DNA of 64,000 nt, from NCBI RefSeq assembly GCF_009914755.1, contig NC_060937.1; one strand, given 5' to 3'. The stretch comes from the human T2T-CHM13v2.0 reference genome, Homo sapiens. Under the pieces are notes generated by a model. The model was not told where the DNA came from. It saw nothing but the letters and a program-made list of their open reading frames with translations, and ran no database searches. Shown here in pieces: positions 34,560 to 48,282 of this stretch (positions are counted from its first letter, which is position 1; every line of letters starts with the position of its first letter). The position numbers were made by a program, and so were the translations under genes.

Positions 34560-35429
34560 TACTTTCCTCTTCTTAAAAGTAACCTGAGTGTTGTATCTCT
34601 TCTCCTTGCCTGGAATTGTGCTATTTCTTGCATTCTTCTTCTTCTGGGACTCGAATTCTAACTGTTAGACTTGCTTCTTGTTTTCTCTGGCTTTTGCCTT
34701 TATTGATGTCTCCCTTCCTTCCCCTTTCTCCCCATCTCCTTTGCTTCTCTTTCTTTCCCTTCATTTTTTCTTCCTTTTTTGGGGAAACTTCAAGGTTCTC
34801 TCTTCTAAGGAAACATTTATTTACCTTCTATCTGTTGTTTTTGGATCATGCCAAACCATCATTTGAGTTTTGTTTTCTCTCATGTTCCCTCCTGAAATCC
34901 ATCCTGTTAATCCTCCCTGGCATTCCACCCCTCACAGTTCCATCCCATTCTCTTCTCCCTGTTCCCTTCTCTTACACTCAGAAAAGTTCTGTGCACTTTT
35001 GGGGCATGTTACCTGTTTTGATTTTTTCTTCTGTGTTTTCATTCTGAGCTCTTAGAGCTGGCCCAGCAAACCTGCCTGGGCTTAGCAGTAAACCTGTGTC
35101 CTTTTCTATTACAAAGAGCAGACACATCTCCATAACCAAGACATTCCAACAGAGGAATGTGTGTGTGTCCGGGGGGATGTGTGTGTGTTTCTGTATCAAC
35201 TTTAATCTTTTGCTGACTCGAAAAGTCAAACCAAGTTAAAGAAAATCATAAAACAGCCCAAAACAGACAGGTTTGATATTCCCTCTTTCTTCAGGTCTAT
35301 ATTATATATTTCCTTATTCCAATCAAATATTTACTGTTATTTTTACTGAAAATGTTACTGCAACAAAAATATCTTTTTATTACTATACTGTACACTTTAA
35401 AATGGCTAAGATGGTCAATTGAATATTTT

Positions 35430-35745
35430 TAATTTTTTTTTGTTTGTTTGTTTTTTGAGACAGGGTCTCACTCTGTCACCTAGACTGGAGTGCAATGGTG
35501 TGAACACAGCTCACTGCAGCCTTGACCTCCCAGGCTGAAGTGTTCCTCCTGCCTCAGCTTCCTGAGTAGCTGGGACTACAGGCATGCACCATCATGCCCA
35601 GCTATTTTTTTTTTTTTTAATTTCAGTAGAGATGAGGTCGCACTATGTTGTCCATGCTGGTCTCAAAACTCCTGAGTTCAAGTGATCCTCCTGCCTCAGC
35701 CTCCCAATGTGCTAGGATTACAGGCATGAGCCAGCACTCCTGACC
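35430..35745 (-). mobile_element. AluJ-like element
   Basis: Antisense Alu; tcaattga flanking duplication. Confidence 0.94.
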
Positions 35746-36399
35746 TTCAATTGAGTTATATGTGCTTTTCACCACAAAAAAAATTTTAATTGAGACCACA
35801 GTGTTTTCCATCTCCATAGGTATGTTCTTAAGGAGAATGAATTGCATTCTGAATCATTAGGAATGTTTTCCAAAAGCACTTATCTTTTCCTCTTAATACT
35901 GCATCCAAAATAAATGTTTTTTCCCCTAATAATATGAATCACCCACTAAACTCTTTGCTTCCTAAGATTTGAATTGTAAAGGTTCTTGTATGAAGAAAAA
36001 GCTCAATAAGTGTTTGTTGGATGAATAGGGAAACCTTAATTTATCTCATGCCAGTTGTAATAATAATTAATATCTTCAGCACCACTACTATTACATCATA
36101 TTTACCACAACAGCTAACATGTATTGGCACTTGCTATGTGCCAGGGAATAACCCTTCAGAGATATTATCTAATCATAGCAGCTGTATGTAACTTTGTTTT
36201 TCTTTAAAATAACTTAATTCGGATTTCAAGATCTCATTCTATCAAGGTTATAGCTGCTTTTATCTCAGACACTTCTGGGTTGTTTTTGAGTTTGTTTCTG
36301 GGTTGTTTTTCTAAGTTTTAGGGTAGAGACAGACACTTTTTTTTAACCAATATAACTGCCCCCACCCCAACTCCTTTATTTACAGACTCTTGATACCAT

Positions 36400-36785
36400 A
36401 TTGAGCAGCGAAGTGCCAGCTGACTATTCCTTTTCTTTGCCTTCTTTGCAGCTGGGGTAACCAATTCTGGCCAGTGAGACATAAGAAGAAGTCAGCTGGA
36501 AATTTCTAGCAAAGCTTTTGATTTCAGATGGCTTGATGCTAGCTCCTCCCTCCCTCTTCTTTCTTCCTGCTTTGATCTCAGATATGATCCCTGGAGCTGG
36601 GGCAGCAATCTTATGACCATGCAGGAAAAGCCAAAAATTACAAACACATTGTTGAACTATAGAACCAATTTGTAACCATCTGTTTTTTGGACATCTTATT
36701 ATGTGAGAGAAATAAAGGTCTCTTTCTAAAGTCATTAGAATTGTCTTTTATGCTACTTGCAGCTGAATGTATTCTTAAGTAATAC
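36400..36785 (+). mobile_element. Old MLT1-type LTR
   Basis: ttctggccagtgagacataagaagaagtc..ctggagctggggcagc..ttacttgcagctgaa-like motifs. Confidence 0.65.
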
Positions 36786-37029
36786 ATGAGAGTTATAGAG
36801 TGCCATGGGTGTGATGGTTCTATTTTGTATTAGGGTCACTATTATCCCATCTGGTCCTTCATTACCATTCCACACAGGTCATCACTGAGGTGCCTTGTAT
36901 GGAATGATTGTTGTAAGCCCTGCAACCTTCTATTCTAGATCTTTGCTATGATGGTGTTGATGGCAAGGGTCCCATCTGTTTCTGTGCCACTCAGGGATAC
37001 GAGGATATTTTCAAGGCTGGCTATGGCTC

Positions 37030-37525
37030 TGTGGTGGACTATTACAATGATGGCTCTGATTTAACCACACCTTTAGGTATTCATGCCTTATATAGTCCTC
37101 CCCACACTGACTCTAGACTTGGTCTCATGACTTACTTTGGCTGATGGGTCATTGGCAAACAGTGCAAGCAGAGGCTCAGTAAGCTGCTTGTACATTGGGA
37201 CTGGTCTGCTTGGAATGTTCCCAGCCACCATAGTATGAGAAACCCAAGCCCTACAGTGAAGCCAGTAGAAGAAAACTGAGACACTCCAGTTGACTCCCAA
37301 CTGAGCAACCAGCCAACCACTATGAGCAACTGCCACCTATGCAAGTAAGCCATCTTGGGTAGTCCAACCAATTGAGCCTCCAAATGACTCCAGCCTCAGG
37401 TGAACCATATGGAGCAGGCATCTGAGCCTGGGTAATTCACAGAATCATAAGAGGTAATAAAATGCTTGATGACTTAAGCCACTAAGGTTTGGGGTATTTT
37501 GTTTCACAGTAATAGCTAACAGGAA
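37030..37525 (+). mobile_element. MLT1 (G/H-like) LTR
   Basis: ttggtctcatgacttactttggc core; ttaagccactaaggtttggggt..gtaatagctaac end. Confidence 0.7.
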
Positions 37526-37927
37526 AAGACCTCTTCTTCTTAGGTACAAAATGATTTAGAGAGTCACAGTGTTATAATGAATAGTACAGCTATACAATTA
37601 TTAAAATAGATAAGTATTTGCTTTTGCATTTTTGCTGCAAGTCCTATATATATAGTGCATATGAAACACAAGAAACCTGATACATTTATAAGCCATTTCG
37701 AAACACTACATTTTCTATTCTTTTCCACTTAGCATTTATATAGTGCTCATTATCACAGAATATAGGGGCTTTACAATATTATTATTTAGCATTTATATAA
37801 CACTTTTTGCCTTCAGTGTATACTACAAATTATTTTACTTTAAAATCATTTAAATTTTAAAAGTACTTTAAAATCATTTAAATTTTAAAATTATTTCATA
37901 ACTCTTTTTGCAGAGGAGAAAATATAT

Positions 37928-38613
37928 AATAGAGCCTGAAGATGTAGTTGTATTGCTTCAGTCTCATGATAAAACTTGAGTGGATGAGGAGTTGCTTCTT
38001 ATGAACGAGCAAAGAAAGTGGTTACGTGAGAGGGAATCTACTCCTAATGAAGATCCTGTAAGTATTGTCAAAATGACAACAAAGGATTTAAATATTACAT
38101 AAATGTTGTTGATAAAGCAGCTGCAGGGCTTGAGAACATTGACTCCAATATTTAAAGAAGTTCAACTGTGGGTAAAATGCTATCAAACAGCACTGCATGC
38201 TACAGAGAAATCTTTCATGAAAGGAAGACTCATTTGATGTGGCAAACCTCATTTTTTTTTCATTTTAAGAAATTGCCACAGTCATCCCAACCTTCAGCAA
38301 CCACCCGCTGATGAGTCAGCGTCCATCAACATGGAGGCAAAACCCTCCACTAGCAAAAAGATTACCACTCACTGAAGACTCAGATGGTGATGACCATTAG
38401 CATTTTTTAGCAATAAATTATTATAAAACTAAAATATGTTCATTGTTGTTTCAGACATAATGCTATTGTACACTTAATAGATTATAGTATAGTGTAAATG
38501 TAACTTTTATATGCACTGGGATATCAAAATATTTGGGTGACTCACTTTACTGAGAGATTAACTTTATTGTGGTGGTCTGGAATGGAACCCACAATATCTT
38601 TGAGGTATGCCTG
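37928..38613 (+). mobile_element. Tigger1 DNA transposon, 3' part
   Basis: ggatgaggagttgcttcttatg; ends in TIR gaggtatgcctg followed by TA. Confidence 0.88.
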
Positions 38614-39349
38614 TAGTGAAATATCCCAGCACTGTGTCAGTCAACAATGACAACAGTCCTGGGCATTGATGAAGTTCAAGAATTGTGTATTCCATGAATA
38701 TGCCTTCTGAGCTCCTCTCCTCTTAACAAACCCTCTAGAGTGGTTCCCATGGTGCTCCCTGTTAATGTGGCAAAACAGCATTTCAGCATGGCTGAGGGAG
38801 CTCTGACAAAGATGTCCTGAAAGCATTGTCCTGCATGTGCCCTGTTTGGGAAACCTGAGGGAAGCCTTAAGGCTACAGTTAATTAGGAATGAATTTTTTA
38901 ATCAATGGTTAGGAATAATGGACTTTACTATTAACGTTTTTTGAAGAATGAATATTAAGATTATGATTATTATCAAGAGTTTTAAATGACATAATAAAAT
39001 GCTTGTAAAATTATCTCAAGTGTTAACTGCAAAGTACAAAAGTGTATTGAAGTGTGATCTCAACTTTGTAAGTATAGACACAAATATTTATGGAGATCTG
39101 CATGGGAGATTGAAAGGAAATATGCCAGAATCTTTACAGTGATTATTTCTAGAAATGGGATTATGAAGGATTGCTTTTATATCCCTGTTCTTTTAAAATA
39201 TTCCGTAAGTAGGTGTTACTCCTAGAATTATAAAAAGTTATATATTTTTCTTTAGAGACTTTATTTGTTGGATTTGGTTTGAAGAGTTATACATTTGTAC
39301 AATTCAAATATCAAAATGCTTTAACAGGGTAAACATTGAGAGGTCTTAC

Positions 39350-39849
39350 TGAGGATGGAGGCAGGACGTGACTCAGGAGGCAGGACGCAATCAACTTCAG
39401 AGGCAGGGCCCAGACACCGGACCAAATTGAGGACTAACTAAAACAGGGAGGAGGTGGAAGCACCTTTCCATAAGACACACCTACCAGTGTGCCATGTCAG
39501 TTTACCATTGCCATGGCAACAACCGGAAGTTACCACCCCTTTCCATGGCAACAACCCAACAACCCAGACGTTACCATCCTTTTTCTAGAAATGTCTGCAT
39601 AATCTGCCCCTTAGTTTGCACATAATTAAAAACGGGTATAAATATGACTGCAGCACTGCGTCTGAGCAGCTATTCTGGGCACACTTTCTATGGGGTAGGC
39701 CTACTCTGCAGGGAGCAGTACTTCTGCTGCTGCTGTACACTGTTGGTCCAATAAAAGTTGCTAATACCACTGGTTTGCCCTTGAATTCTTTCCTGGGGGA
39801 AACCACGGACCTTCCCAGGCTAAGCCCCAATTTGGGGGCTGCGTCATCA
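39350..39849 (+). mobile_element. MER41-family (ERV1) solo LTR
   Basis: TG...CA ends, cataagacacacctaccagtgtgccatg, tandem ccatggcaac, TATA (gtataaat), AATAAA, gctaagccccaatttggggg end. Confidence 0.85.
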
Positions 39850-40006
39850 CCTCTACTCTGGTTTTCATCTCCTCCACTTCTCTATGAACAACTACTCATT
39901 TAGTTTCCTCTGCATTCTTCCTGAGTTCTTTTTGCAGATATAAGCAAATTTGAAAGCATGTTGTTATCCTCTCCCCTTTCTTACACAAAAACAACATTAC
40001 ATACAC

Positions 40007-41550
40007 TGCTTTGATCCATGGACTGTAGAATGGATGTACTATTAGCAGATGTACTAGTCAGTTCTCACATTGCTTTAAGAAATACTTGAGACTAGGTATT
40101 TTATACATAAAAGAGGTTTAATTGGCTTGGGGTTCTGCAGGCTGTACAGGAAATACGATGCTGGCATCTGCATGACTTGGAAAGGCCTCAGGAAACTTAC
40201 AATAATGGCAGAAGGTGAAGGGGGAGAGAGGTGTCTTACATGGCAGGAGCAGCAAGAGCAAAGGGAGAGGTGTCACACACTTTTAGACAACGAGATCTCA
40301 TGAGAACCCACTCACTGTCACCAGAACAGCACGAAGGGGATAGTGCTAAACCATTCATGAGAAACATCTCCATGATCCAGTCACCTTGCATCAGGCTCCA
40401 CTTCAAACACTGGGAATTACAATTCCACATGAGATATGGGTGGGGACACAGACCCAAACCACCTCAACAGGCATGAAAACAACATTAATTTCTTTGTACA
40501 TCTCCATCAGAGCTCATAAGTGACCAGGTATATTGTCAATGAGCAGTAATGTTTGGAAAAAAGCAATGTTTTTCTGAGCAGTAGTTCTCAATAGTGGGCT
40601 TAAAATATTCAGTAAACCATGTTTTAAACAAATGTGCTGTCATCTGGACTTTATTTTCCCCTTTTCAGAGCACAAGTAGAGTAGATTTAGTGTCATTCCT
40701 AAGGACCCTAGGATTTTCAGAATGGTTAATGAGCATTGGCTTTAACTTAAAGTCTCCAGTCACATTAGCCCCTAACAAGAGAGTCAGCCTCTTCTTTTAA
40801 GTTTTAAAGCCAAGCATTGTCTTCTCTCTAGCTATGAAAGTCCTAGATGGCATCTTATTCCAATCCAAGGCTGTTTTGTCTCCACTGAAAATTTGTTAGC
40901 AAAGCTACCTTTATCAATGATCTTAGCTAGATCTTCTGGATAGCTTGTTGCAGCTTCCCCATCAGCACTCGCTGCTTCACTTTGCACTTTTATGTTATGG
41001 AGAAAACTTTATTCCTTAAACCTCGCAAACCAACTCTGCCAGCTGTCAGTTTTTCTTCTGCAGCTTCCTTACCCTTCTCAGCCTTCATTCATTGAAGCTT
41101 AATTATTTCTAGCTTTTGACTTAAAGTGGGAGACTTGTACCTCTTTCTTTCACCTGAATACTTAGAGGTCATTGTAGGGGCTATTAATTGGCCTAATTTT
41201 AATATCACTGTGTCTCAGGGAATAGGGAGACCCAAGGAGGGGGAGAGATGGGGAAACAATGGTCAGTAGAGCAGTCAGAACAAAAACAACATTTATCAAT
41301 TAAGTTCATTGTCTTATATAGGTATAGCTCATGGCACCCCAAAACAATCACAATAGTAACATCAAAGATCACTGCTCTCAGATCAACAAAACAGATATAG
41401 TAATAATTAAAATGTTTGAAATATTTCAAACTTTGAAATTTGAATATTGTGAGAATTACCAAAATGTGACACAGAGACACAAAGTGAGCGATATACTCGC
41501 TCAGCGCAGGATCGACACGAACCTTCAATTTGTAAAAATGCTGTAGTATC
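40007..41550 (-). mobile_element. Tigger1 5' half, interrupted by an MST LTR
   Basis: Antisense Tigger1 (gcatgaaaacaacattaat..; aattaagttc..gtcttatat; aaccttcaatttgtaaaa). Confidence 0.85.
40050..40466 (-). mobile_element. MSTA-like MaLR solo LTR
   Basis: tgtactagtcagttctcacattgct...gagatatgggtggggacacagacccaaacc. Confidence 0.9.
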
Positions 41551-41677
41551 AAATATTTGTGTTGCTGGTAAAACTTGGAATGGAGAGGAAAGACAAGAGG
41601 ATGTCAAGAGGTGGTCTTTGTTTAATGAGTTATTCATAAGCACACTTATTATGTAGCTCTTCCAGTACTACAGTGGG

Positions 41678-41679
<2 letters not shown>

Positions 41680-41717
<38 letters not shown>
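41680..41717. repeat. (GT)n microsatellite
   Basis: Uninterrupted GT run. Confidence 0.98.
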
Positions 41718-41720
<3 letters not shown>

Positions 41721-43464
41721 GCATGTTGGTCCTTTTTTTTTACAAATGAAATATATAAACATATTGAAATGAAGTTTAGCAAGAAGTCACACAGTCTTGT
41801 AGTTAGGTTATAGAAGATTTAAAGTTGAAAGACTTGCATCTGAATTCTGGTTCTGACTCTTAAAAACTGTCTTTTTTTCAAAACTCTCTGTGGGGGTGAG
41901 GGGAGGCCCTGTAGCCCACCCAACTCCAAACTAAAGAGTCCGAACTAGATTTGGTAGATGTGTCTTTATTTATATTTGTATATATTTTGTTAACAGGGCT
42001 ATAGCATGATTGAAATAATATTCAGCAGAGGCTAATTTGGCAATGATCTGGCAGATGGAATGGAGAAAAGAGAGACAGAGACAGCAGACTTGGGAGTAGT
42101 CCAAGGGAATAAAGGAGGGAATGGAAAAAGGAGACTGTGAAGGAAGAACTGATGGGGTTTGAAAATTGCTTTAATGCTAGGGGCAAGAAAAATGGAAACA
42201 AATTAGCAAAAAGACCTATATTTAAAAGAGCAGGTGGTGAGGGATTAATTTGGAAGTGGGAAAGGGCAAATAATGAGTTTAGTTTCAAACAAGCTGAGCT
42301 TCAAATGCAATATATACACAAAGAAAGAAAGGGGAGTAGCAAGATGAGATGGGCAAGAAAAGTTAAATATGTGGGTAAAAGAATTCAGATGCTAAACCAG
42401 AACTGGGGGCAGCATGAGAGACACATGGTAAGGATGTTCCCAAGATGGTCTGGCAAAGGTTCTCTTTGGATCCATAAGGCAACAGAAAACACAGATTATT
42501 TAATGAAATTGAAACAATAAGCAGAATATTGAGGAGTGACACCAAATTTGACTGAAAGCTCCATTCTAAAGAGATGAATAATTCTTAACGTGAGACGGGG
42601 GGTTTATGATATATCAACTTAAGAAGTACTAGAATCTAAAGCCATTGTCTTCAAGTGGGGACTCCAGGGAACACCCAGCAGTTGATGAAATCAGAAAATT
42701 TTTATGTCATCCCAAAGGAAACTGAGATACAAAAGATTGAGATACACTGCCCCTGCTGACTGTGAACAACCTTTAAAATCTGCCCTTGGCTTTGGGAATG
42801 CTTTGAATGAATTTGCTGTGAGTTGCTTAAGAAGAGGCAGAGGGCGGAGTTTGCAACTAGAATTGTTAGGAAGAAATGAATTGGATTACAGAGATAGAGA
42901 AGATGCATTCTCATTCTAACGCCCAAATATATTAGGTCTTTAGGTAACTGAATAGACAGGAAAAAAAACAAATAGCAAAAGCATAGACTACAGTTTCCCC
43001 TTGAGGTGGTAGCCTACATGAAGCAGTTGAGAGAAGCATGAAAAGTAGTTTCTTACAAGAACTTTAATCAGTCTTTGATTATCGACATTGGTCTATGTAC
43101 CTTGCAGATTAACCTTGGAAGTTACCTTGTTTTCTTCTAGTTGGCTACCTCAAATTGACAATTCCAAAGAGCATACACCCATTTTCATTTAAGAATATAT
43201 AAAAACGCATTAAAAATTTTTCCATGAAAATAATTCATAATTGTTTGCTTTCCAAAATCCAGTGTGAAGAGATTTTTAAATCATCTGATAATTTAGGAAG
43301 ATCTATATTAATACAGTGTTTCAATAATATCTTGAAAATCAGATTGAATGACTTCCTGGAGTGAAACATTCCCAGTCCTAAATCATTCTCTGGGAAGGGA
43401 GACATATTTGAACAGCTGTATATCAGTTTTTTTTTGTCTCATTATATACAAGTCTTTGTATTTT

Positions 43465-43990
43465 CCATGTCCCCAGGTCAAAGACCACCAGAGACACAAA
43501 GTTGGTTTATTGATGGAATTGGGTCAGTTGGCTCATTGTGATGAGGGAGACCTCACATCACGAGGCACCATGGGGCATCTCAGTAAGAGGATGTTGAAAA
43601 GATCTTATTATAGGCCTGGGACATGTTTAGGAGATTTTAGGGAGTGTTCAAGGCTGCTGTCAGGAAGGAGGGACTATTCCACGACTGACATTTTTACATT
43701 GCAGGTGAGAAGAACAATGCAAGGCTAACATTGTAATTGTCAAAGCAGCAGCAGTCACTAGGCCCGAATATGGGATGTTTGGATGGTTTTGTGGCTTGGA
43801 CAATATTCTTGTTTTGTCTTGATAGATCAGACAAAACAATGGCCTTGAATGACATTGGTATCCTGTGCTGTGAAACAGCTTATGTTAAATGGATGAACAC
43901 CATGGCCTAGCTGTGGGTGGCGAGCCAGCTCGTAGCAACACTGGGGCCTCGCTGATAGTACCAGCCCTGCTCTCCACTAACTGAGGCTGC
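43465..43990. mobile_element. Probable old ERVL-class LTR
   Basis: GC-elevated block with gagggagacctcaca..ccatggggcatctcagtaagagg, reminiscent of old ERVL LTRs. Family not determined. Confidence 0.4.
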
Positions 43991-45284
43991 TTTTCTCTTA
44001 GTATGAGCTCTCCCCAAATGCTGCTACTTTCCAGTTTCTCAGCAATTAGCACCATGTGTGTTTATTCATCCAACAAGTTTCTATTAAGGACCTCCTGTGT
44101 GCTAAAGCTATAATAGTAGGCAAAACAGGTATAGATCTCTTAAAATTAGAGACAGTGAGTAGAAGAAAGAGGGAAATTCATTAATTTTTAAAAATCCAGA
44201 TATTTCATTACAAGCTGAGATAGTTATTTTGAAGGAAATATGGAAAGAGTTCTCAGAAGCTGTAACTATTCTAAAGAGTCAAAAAATGCTATTTGAGCAG
44301 AAATCCAAAGGATAGGTGAGAGTTGGTCAGGTGAAGAAGGTGGGGAGGGAGGGTGGGAAAGGCATTCTGGGTAGACTGAATGGTCTACCATTCAGAATGC
44401 AAAGACCCTGAGGCAGAGAGGCTTTGGAGAAACCCAAAGAAGGCTAGTATGGCTGGCTCCCTACTCATCTCTAAGCTATTTCCAAGTCTTCTCTTCGACC
44501 AAACAGTATTTATTATAATATTCAGCATTTTAAACAATGAATTTAAAAACCCAATGGGTTGTTTGAAAGCCAATTAGCTTTAGCTGAAGAAAAGCCACCC
44601 TGATGGCATATAAGAGTTAATACAGTTTCCAAAAGCAATAGTCTTAGCCTCTGAGAACTCATCAAAACCTTTAATGTTCCAATTTGAACCTAGAACCTTA
44701 GTGTTTTCACACTGAATGCTTGGACCATTCCTGCTCTTCTCCCCTAATTTTAAAATTACTTTCTTGTATTCTATGTCTTTCCTTAATTCCCTAGCCCCCC
44801 TGAGGGTGGAGTTCTATCCTATTCCTCTTCACATGCCCCCCAGCACCTTGGCATTTAGTTGGTTTTGTTGGTTTAACTAACATTGATTGAGTAATGTACC
44901 TATTTACACTCCACACTAGGAAACAAACTCTAAAAGGATGGATCTGTCCTCAGAAAGTTTAGAGTTGTGCAAGAATCTAACCCACCATCTAATAAAAGTG
45001 AAATCCAACTTTTTAGCCACCTTATCAAATTATTCGACATAAATTTCTGTATGGCTCCTCCCATGATAAAATAATCTTTATTTTACACTTCAAGGAAACT
45101 ACTTTTAATACTATTTTCTATTTTTTTCAAAATGAAGTTTGACAATTACAAGATGTTGTTACTGTTGTTAAAACCAAGTGGCTTAATTGTGATCCCATTT
45201 GCAATTGATGTTTTCACCTTAGGGTATTTGAAAATGAGGTGTGTTTCCTTTTATGTTTTCAATGGCAGCCCCTTGTAATGGTTG

Positions 45285-45475
45285 TATGAGCACAAGACTG
45301 AGAATTAGGAGCCCTTCATTCTGTCCCTGACTCACCAAGTTACCCAACTTAACCTCATCTCATCTGTGAAATGGGGATAATAATACTTACCTCTCTCACT
45401 GGGGTATCATGAGTATTAATTAGTGTTTGTCAAGTGCTTTGAGATCTTCAGATGAAAGGCCCCGTGGAAGCTCAG
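45285..45475 (+). mobile_element. Ancient MIR/CORE-SINE
   Basis: ctcatctgtgaaatggggataataatacttacct core; tail gtttgtcaagtgctttgagatcttcagatgaaaggc. Confidence 0.75.
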
Positions 45476-47095
45476 TATAAAGTACTATTCTATAAATCTC
45501 CCCCACCCCCCACTTTCACCTGAACGGTGATTACCAATTATAGCCAGCTCTAAAAGGCGCTAATGCCGCATTCAGACACGACAAGGCAAGTTTTATTGGT
45601 CCATTAGGACATGTCTATTTGAAGGAATTAGTTTTGTGAAAATGGTTATTATGCCAAGGGCTTTTATTTTAGGCAGTCGTTGCTCTTAGTAGTTAATAGT
45701 TAAATATTAAGCCATTTGGAAAGACTGGTTTCACGTTTTGATTGGAAGGACAAGCCTTCATGCCATGCCATTTACATCTAAAGAAGCTTAGGCATGTGGT
45801 GTGGGAGAACCTACTTCCCATAAAATGAAATTATATTTATATGGAAGCCAACTTTGGTTTCTGAGAAACCAGCTGGATGGTGAAGACAATACTATCCACT
45901 TAATTAGAAAAGGAAGAAGTGACTCCCACATATAATTATCTGGATTCTAATTTCAAAGAATTCGTAACTCACGAAAGATTAATTCTGTCATTAGAACCAC
46001 ATTTCATATGTGGCAGCAAGCTAAATCAGTTCATGGTACCTTTTTTTAAAAAAAAACTCTTAGCAAGCTAATGTTCAACTGCAGAAAGGGGGCATGAACT
46101 CTTAGCTGATTGTTGGATTGAAATAATGTATGTTCTTTGAATAATCAAAACACTATTAATTTATCCTGTTCCAGGTTTGTTTGTATGTTTTTTCTGATCT
46201 ACTATCAGAGATTTTCCTGGTTCAAAAGTAATTGATTATTTCCTCAGAAAGCAGGTTATTAGCTAGATGAGACCATTTCAGAAGCTAATTGAGTTGTTAC
46301 AATGAAGATCTTATTGAGAAGTCAGGTGACATATTCATATTTTCATGACTACAAATTTCTTTTTAAAAATAAAAAGTAGAAATTCTTTAAAAAGTCAGTT
46401 TCGTCAATCATTGTAGAATTGTGTTTTTAAAAAATTTGAAAGGCAAGACAGAAGATAGAGTGACAAAATTTTACCATTATTTTTTCATATAGAAAGTAAT
46501 AAACTAGTTTCTGATCATATAGATCACAAGGTGACTTATCTTCATGAAATTAATTCATGTCATGTTCATAAACACTGTATGACCTCATTTAGATTCATTC
46601 CCACTTTGTGATAATTTAGGTGTAAAGAGCAGTAAAGCCACCAGTGTTTTACCCATGAAGACAGTGCTCCTTGAGTAAATTCACTGTGTAAACAAGGGAA
46701 ACGGACTTTCTTTACTTAAGAGTGAGGTCTAACATTGTCCAGGGCCTGAGAAACCAGTTAGTGGCATTGTGGGCATACAAAAATCATGTCAATTACAGAT
46801 GATTCTTATCTATCTATTAACATACCTAGCAGTCCGCAGCTAAGACTTATAACCCCGTTATCCTGATCATAATTTTGCTGTTTGTTTACTAACACAAACA
46901 CATATCTTTTTTTAAAAATCACAGATTTAAGTGATCTAATGAGCTTTCTTCTATGTTTATTTTATTATTCTAAAAATATTTTCATCAACACTGAAAATCA
47001 TTTATTCATTCATTCAACAAACACTACCCCAACTGAGAATGCTATTGTCCCTGACTGGGAGGTGGGAGAGTAGAAAGACATTTTTTAGAAATGTT

Positions 47096-47390
47096 GGCCA
47101 GGCATGGTGGATCACACCTGTAATCCCAGCCCTTTTGAAGGGCAAGGAGAGTGGATTGCTTGAGCCCAAGAGTTCAAGCAGCCTGGGCAACATAGTGAAA
47201 CCTCATCTCTACTAAAAATAAAAATTAAAAAATTAGCCAGGTGTGGTGGTGCACGCCTGTGGTCCCAACTCCTAGGGAGGCTGAAGCGGGAGGATTGTTT
47301 GAGTCCAGGGGATCAAGGCTGCAGTGAGCTATGATCATGCCACTGCAGCCTGGGTGACAAAGCAAGACCCTGTCTCCAAATAATAAATAT
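47096..47390 (+). mobile_element. AluJ-like element
   Basis: Full sense Alu. Confidence 0.95.
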
Positions 47391-47644
47391 TTTAAAATTG
47401 TTGTGTAGTGTGACATAGAAAGGAGAATCTTATTTATTCTGGCAGATTATGGGGAGGGCAGATGGTGGAAAGGATGATGCCAGGCTGCATCTTCTGAGAA
47501 AACAGTGAGGAGTTGTGAGAGGTGGGGAGGGGGCAGGCAGGAATGGAGGGGTAGCTGGCATGCACCGGGGTGGGCAGACTGAGAAGCAGGGCAGGCTCTG
47601 GTCAGCAGTGGCCTTACTATTCATGCTAAACAAGTTTGATTTTA

Positions 47645-48037
<393 letters not shown>

Positions 48038-48282
48038 CTACTTTCCAGACCTGGCTTATCATCAAAACCACTAAAATACACAAACAAAAGCAAAAACCCT
48101 TTTAAAATTTCTTTACAAAGAGTGAAAACACAAAAAACCAGAATCATATAAAAAAGGAAAGGCAAACGATTCCTTGTTTCCTTCACACTTTCACTAACAT
48201 AAAAAGGTTGTCTATCACTTTTTTAAAAGTTTTCTCCCAGTCTTTATGCAGATCCAAGCAAATAAGACTATGAAATCTTTTC

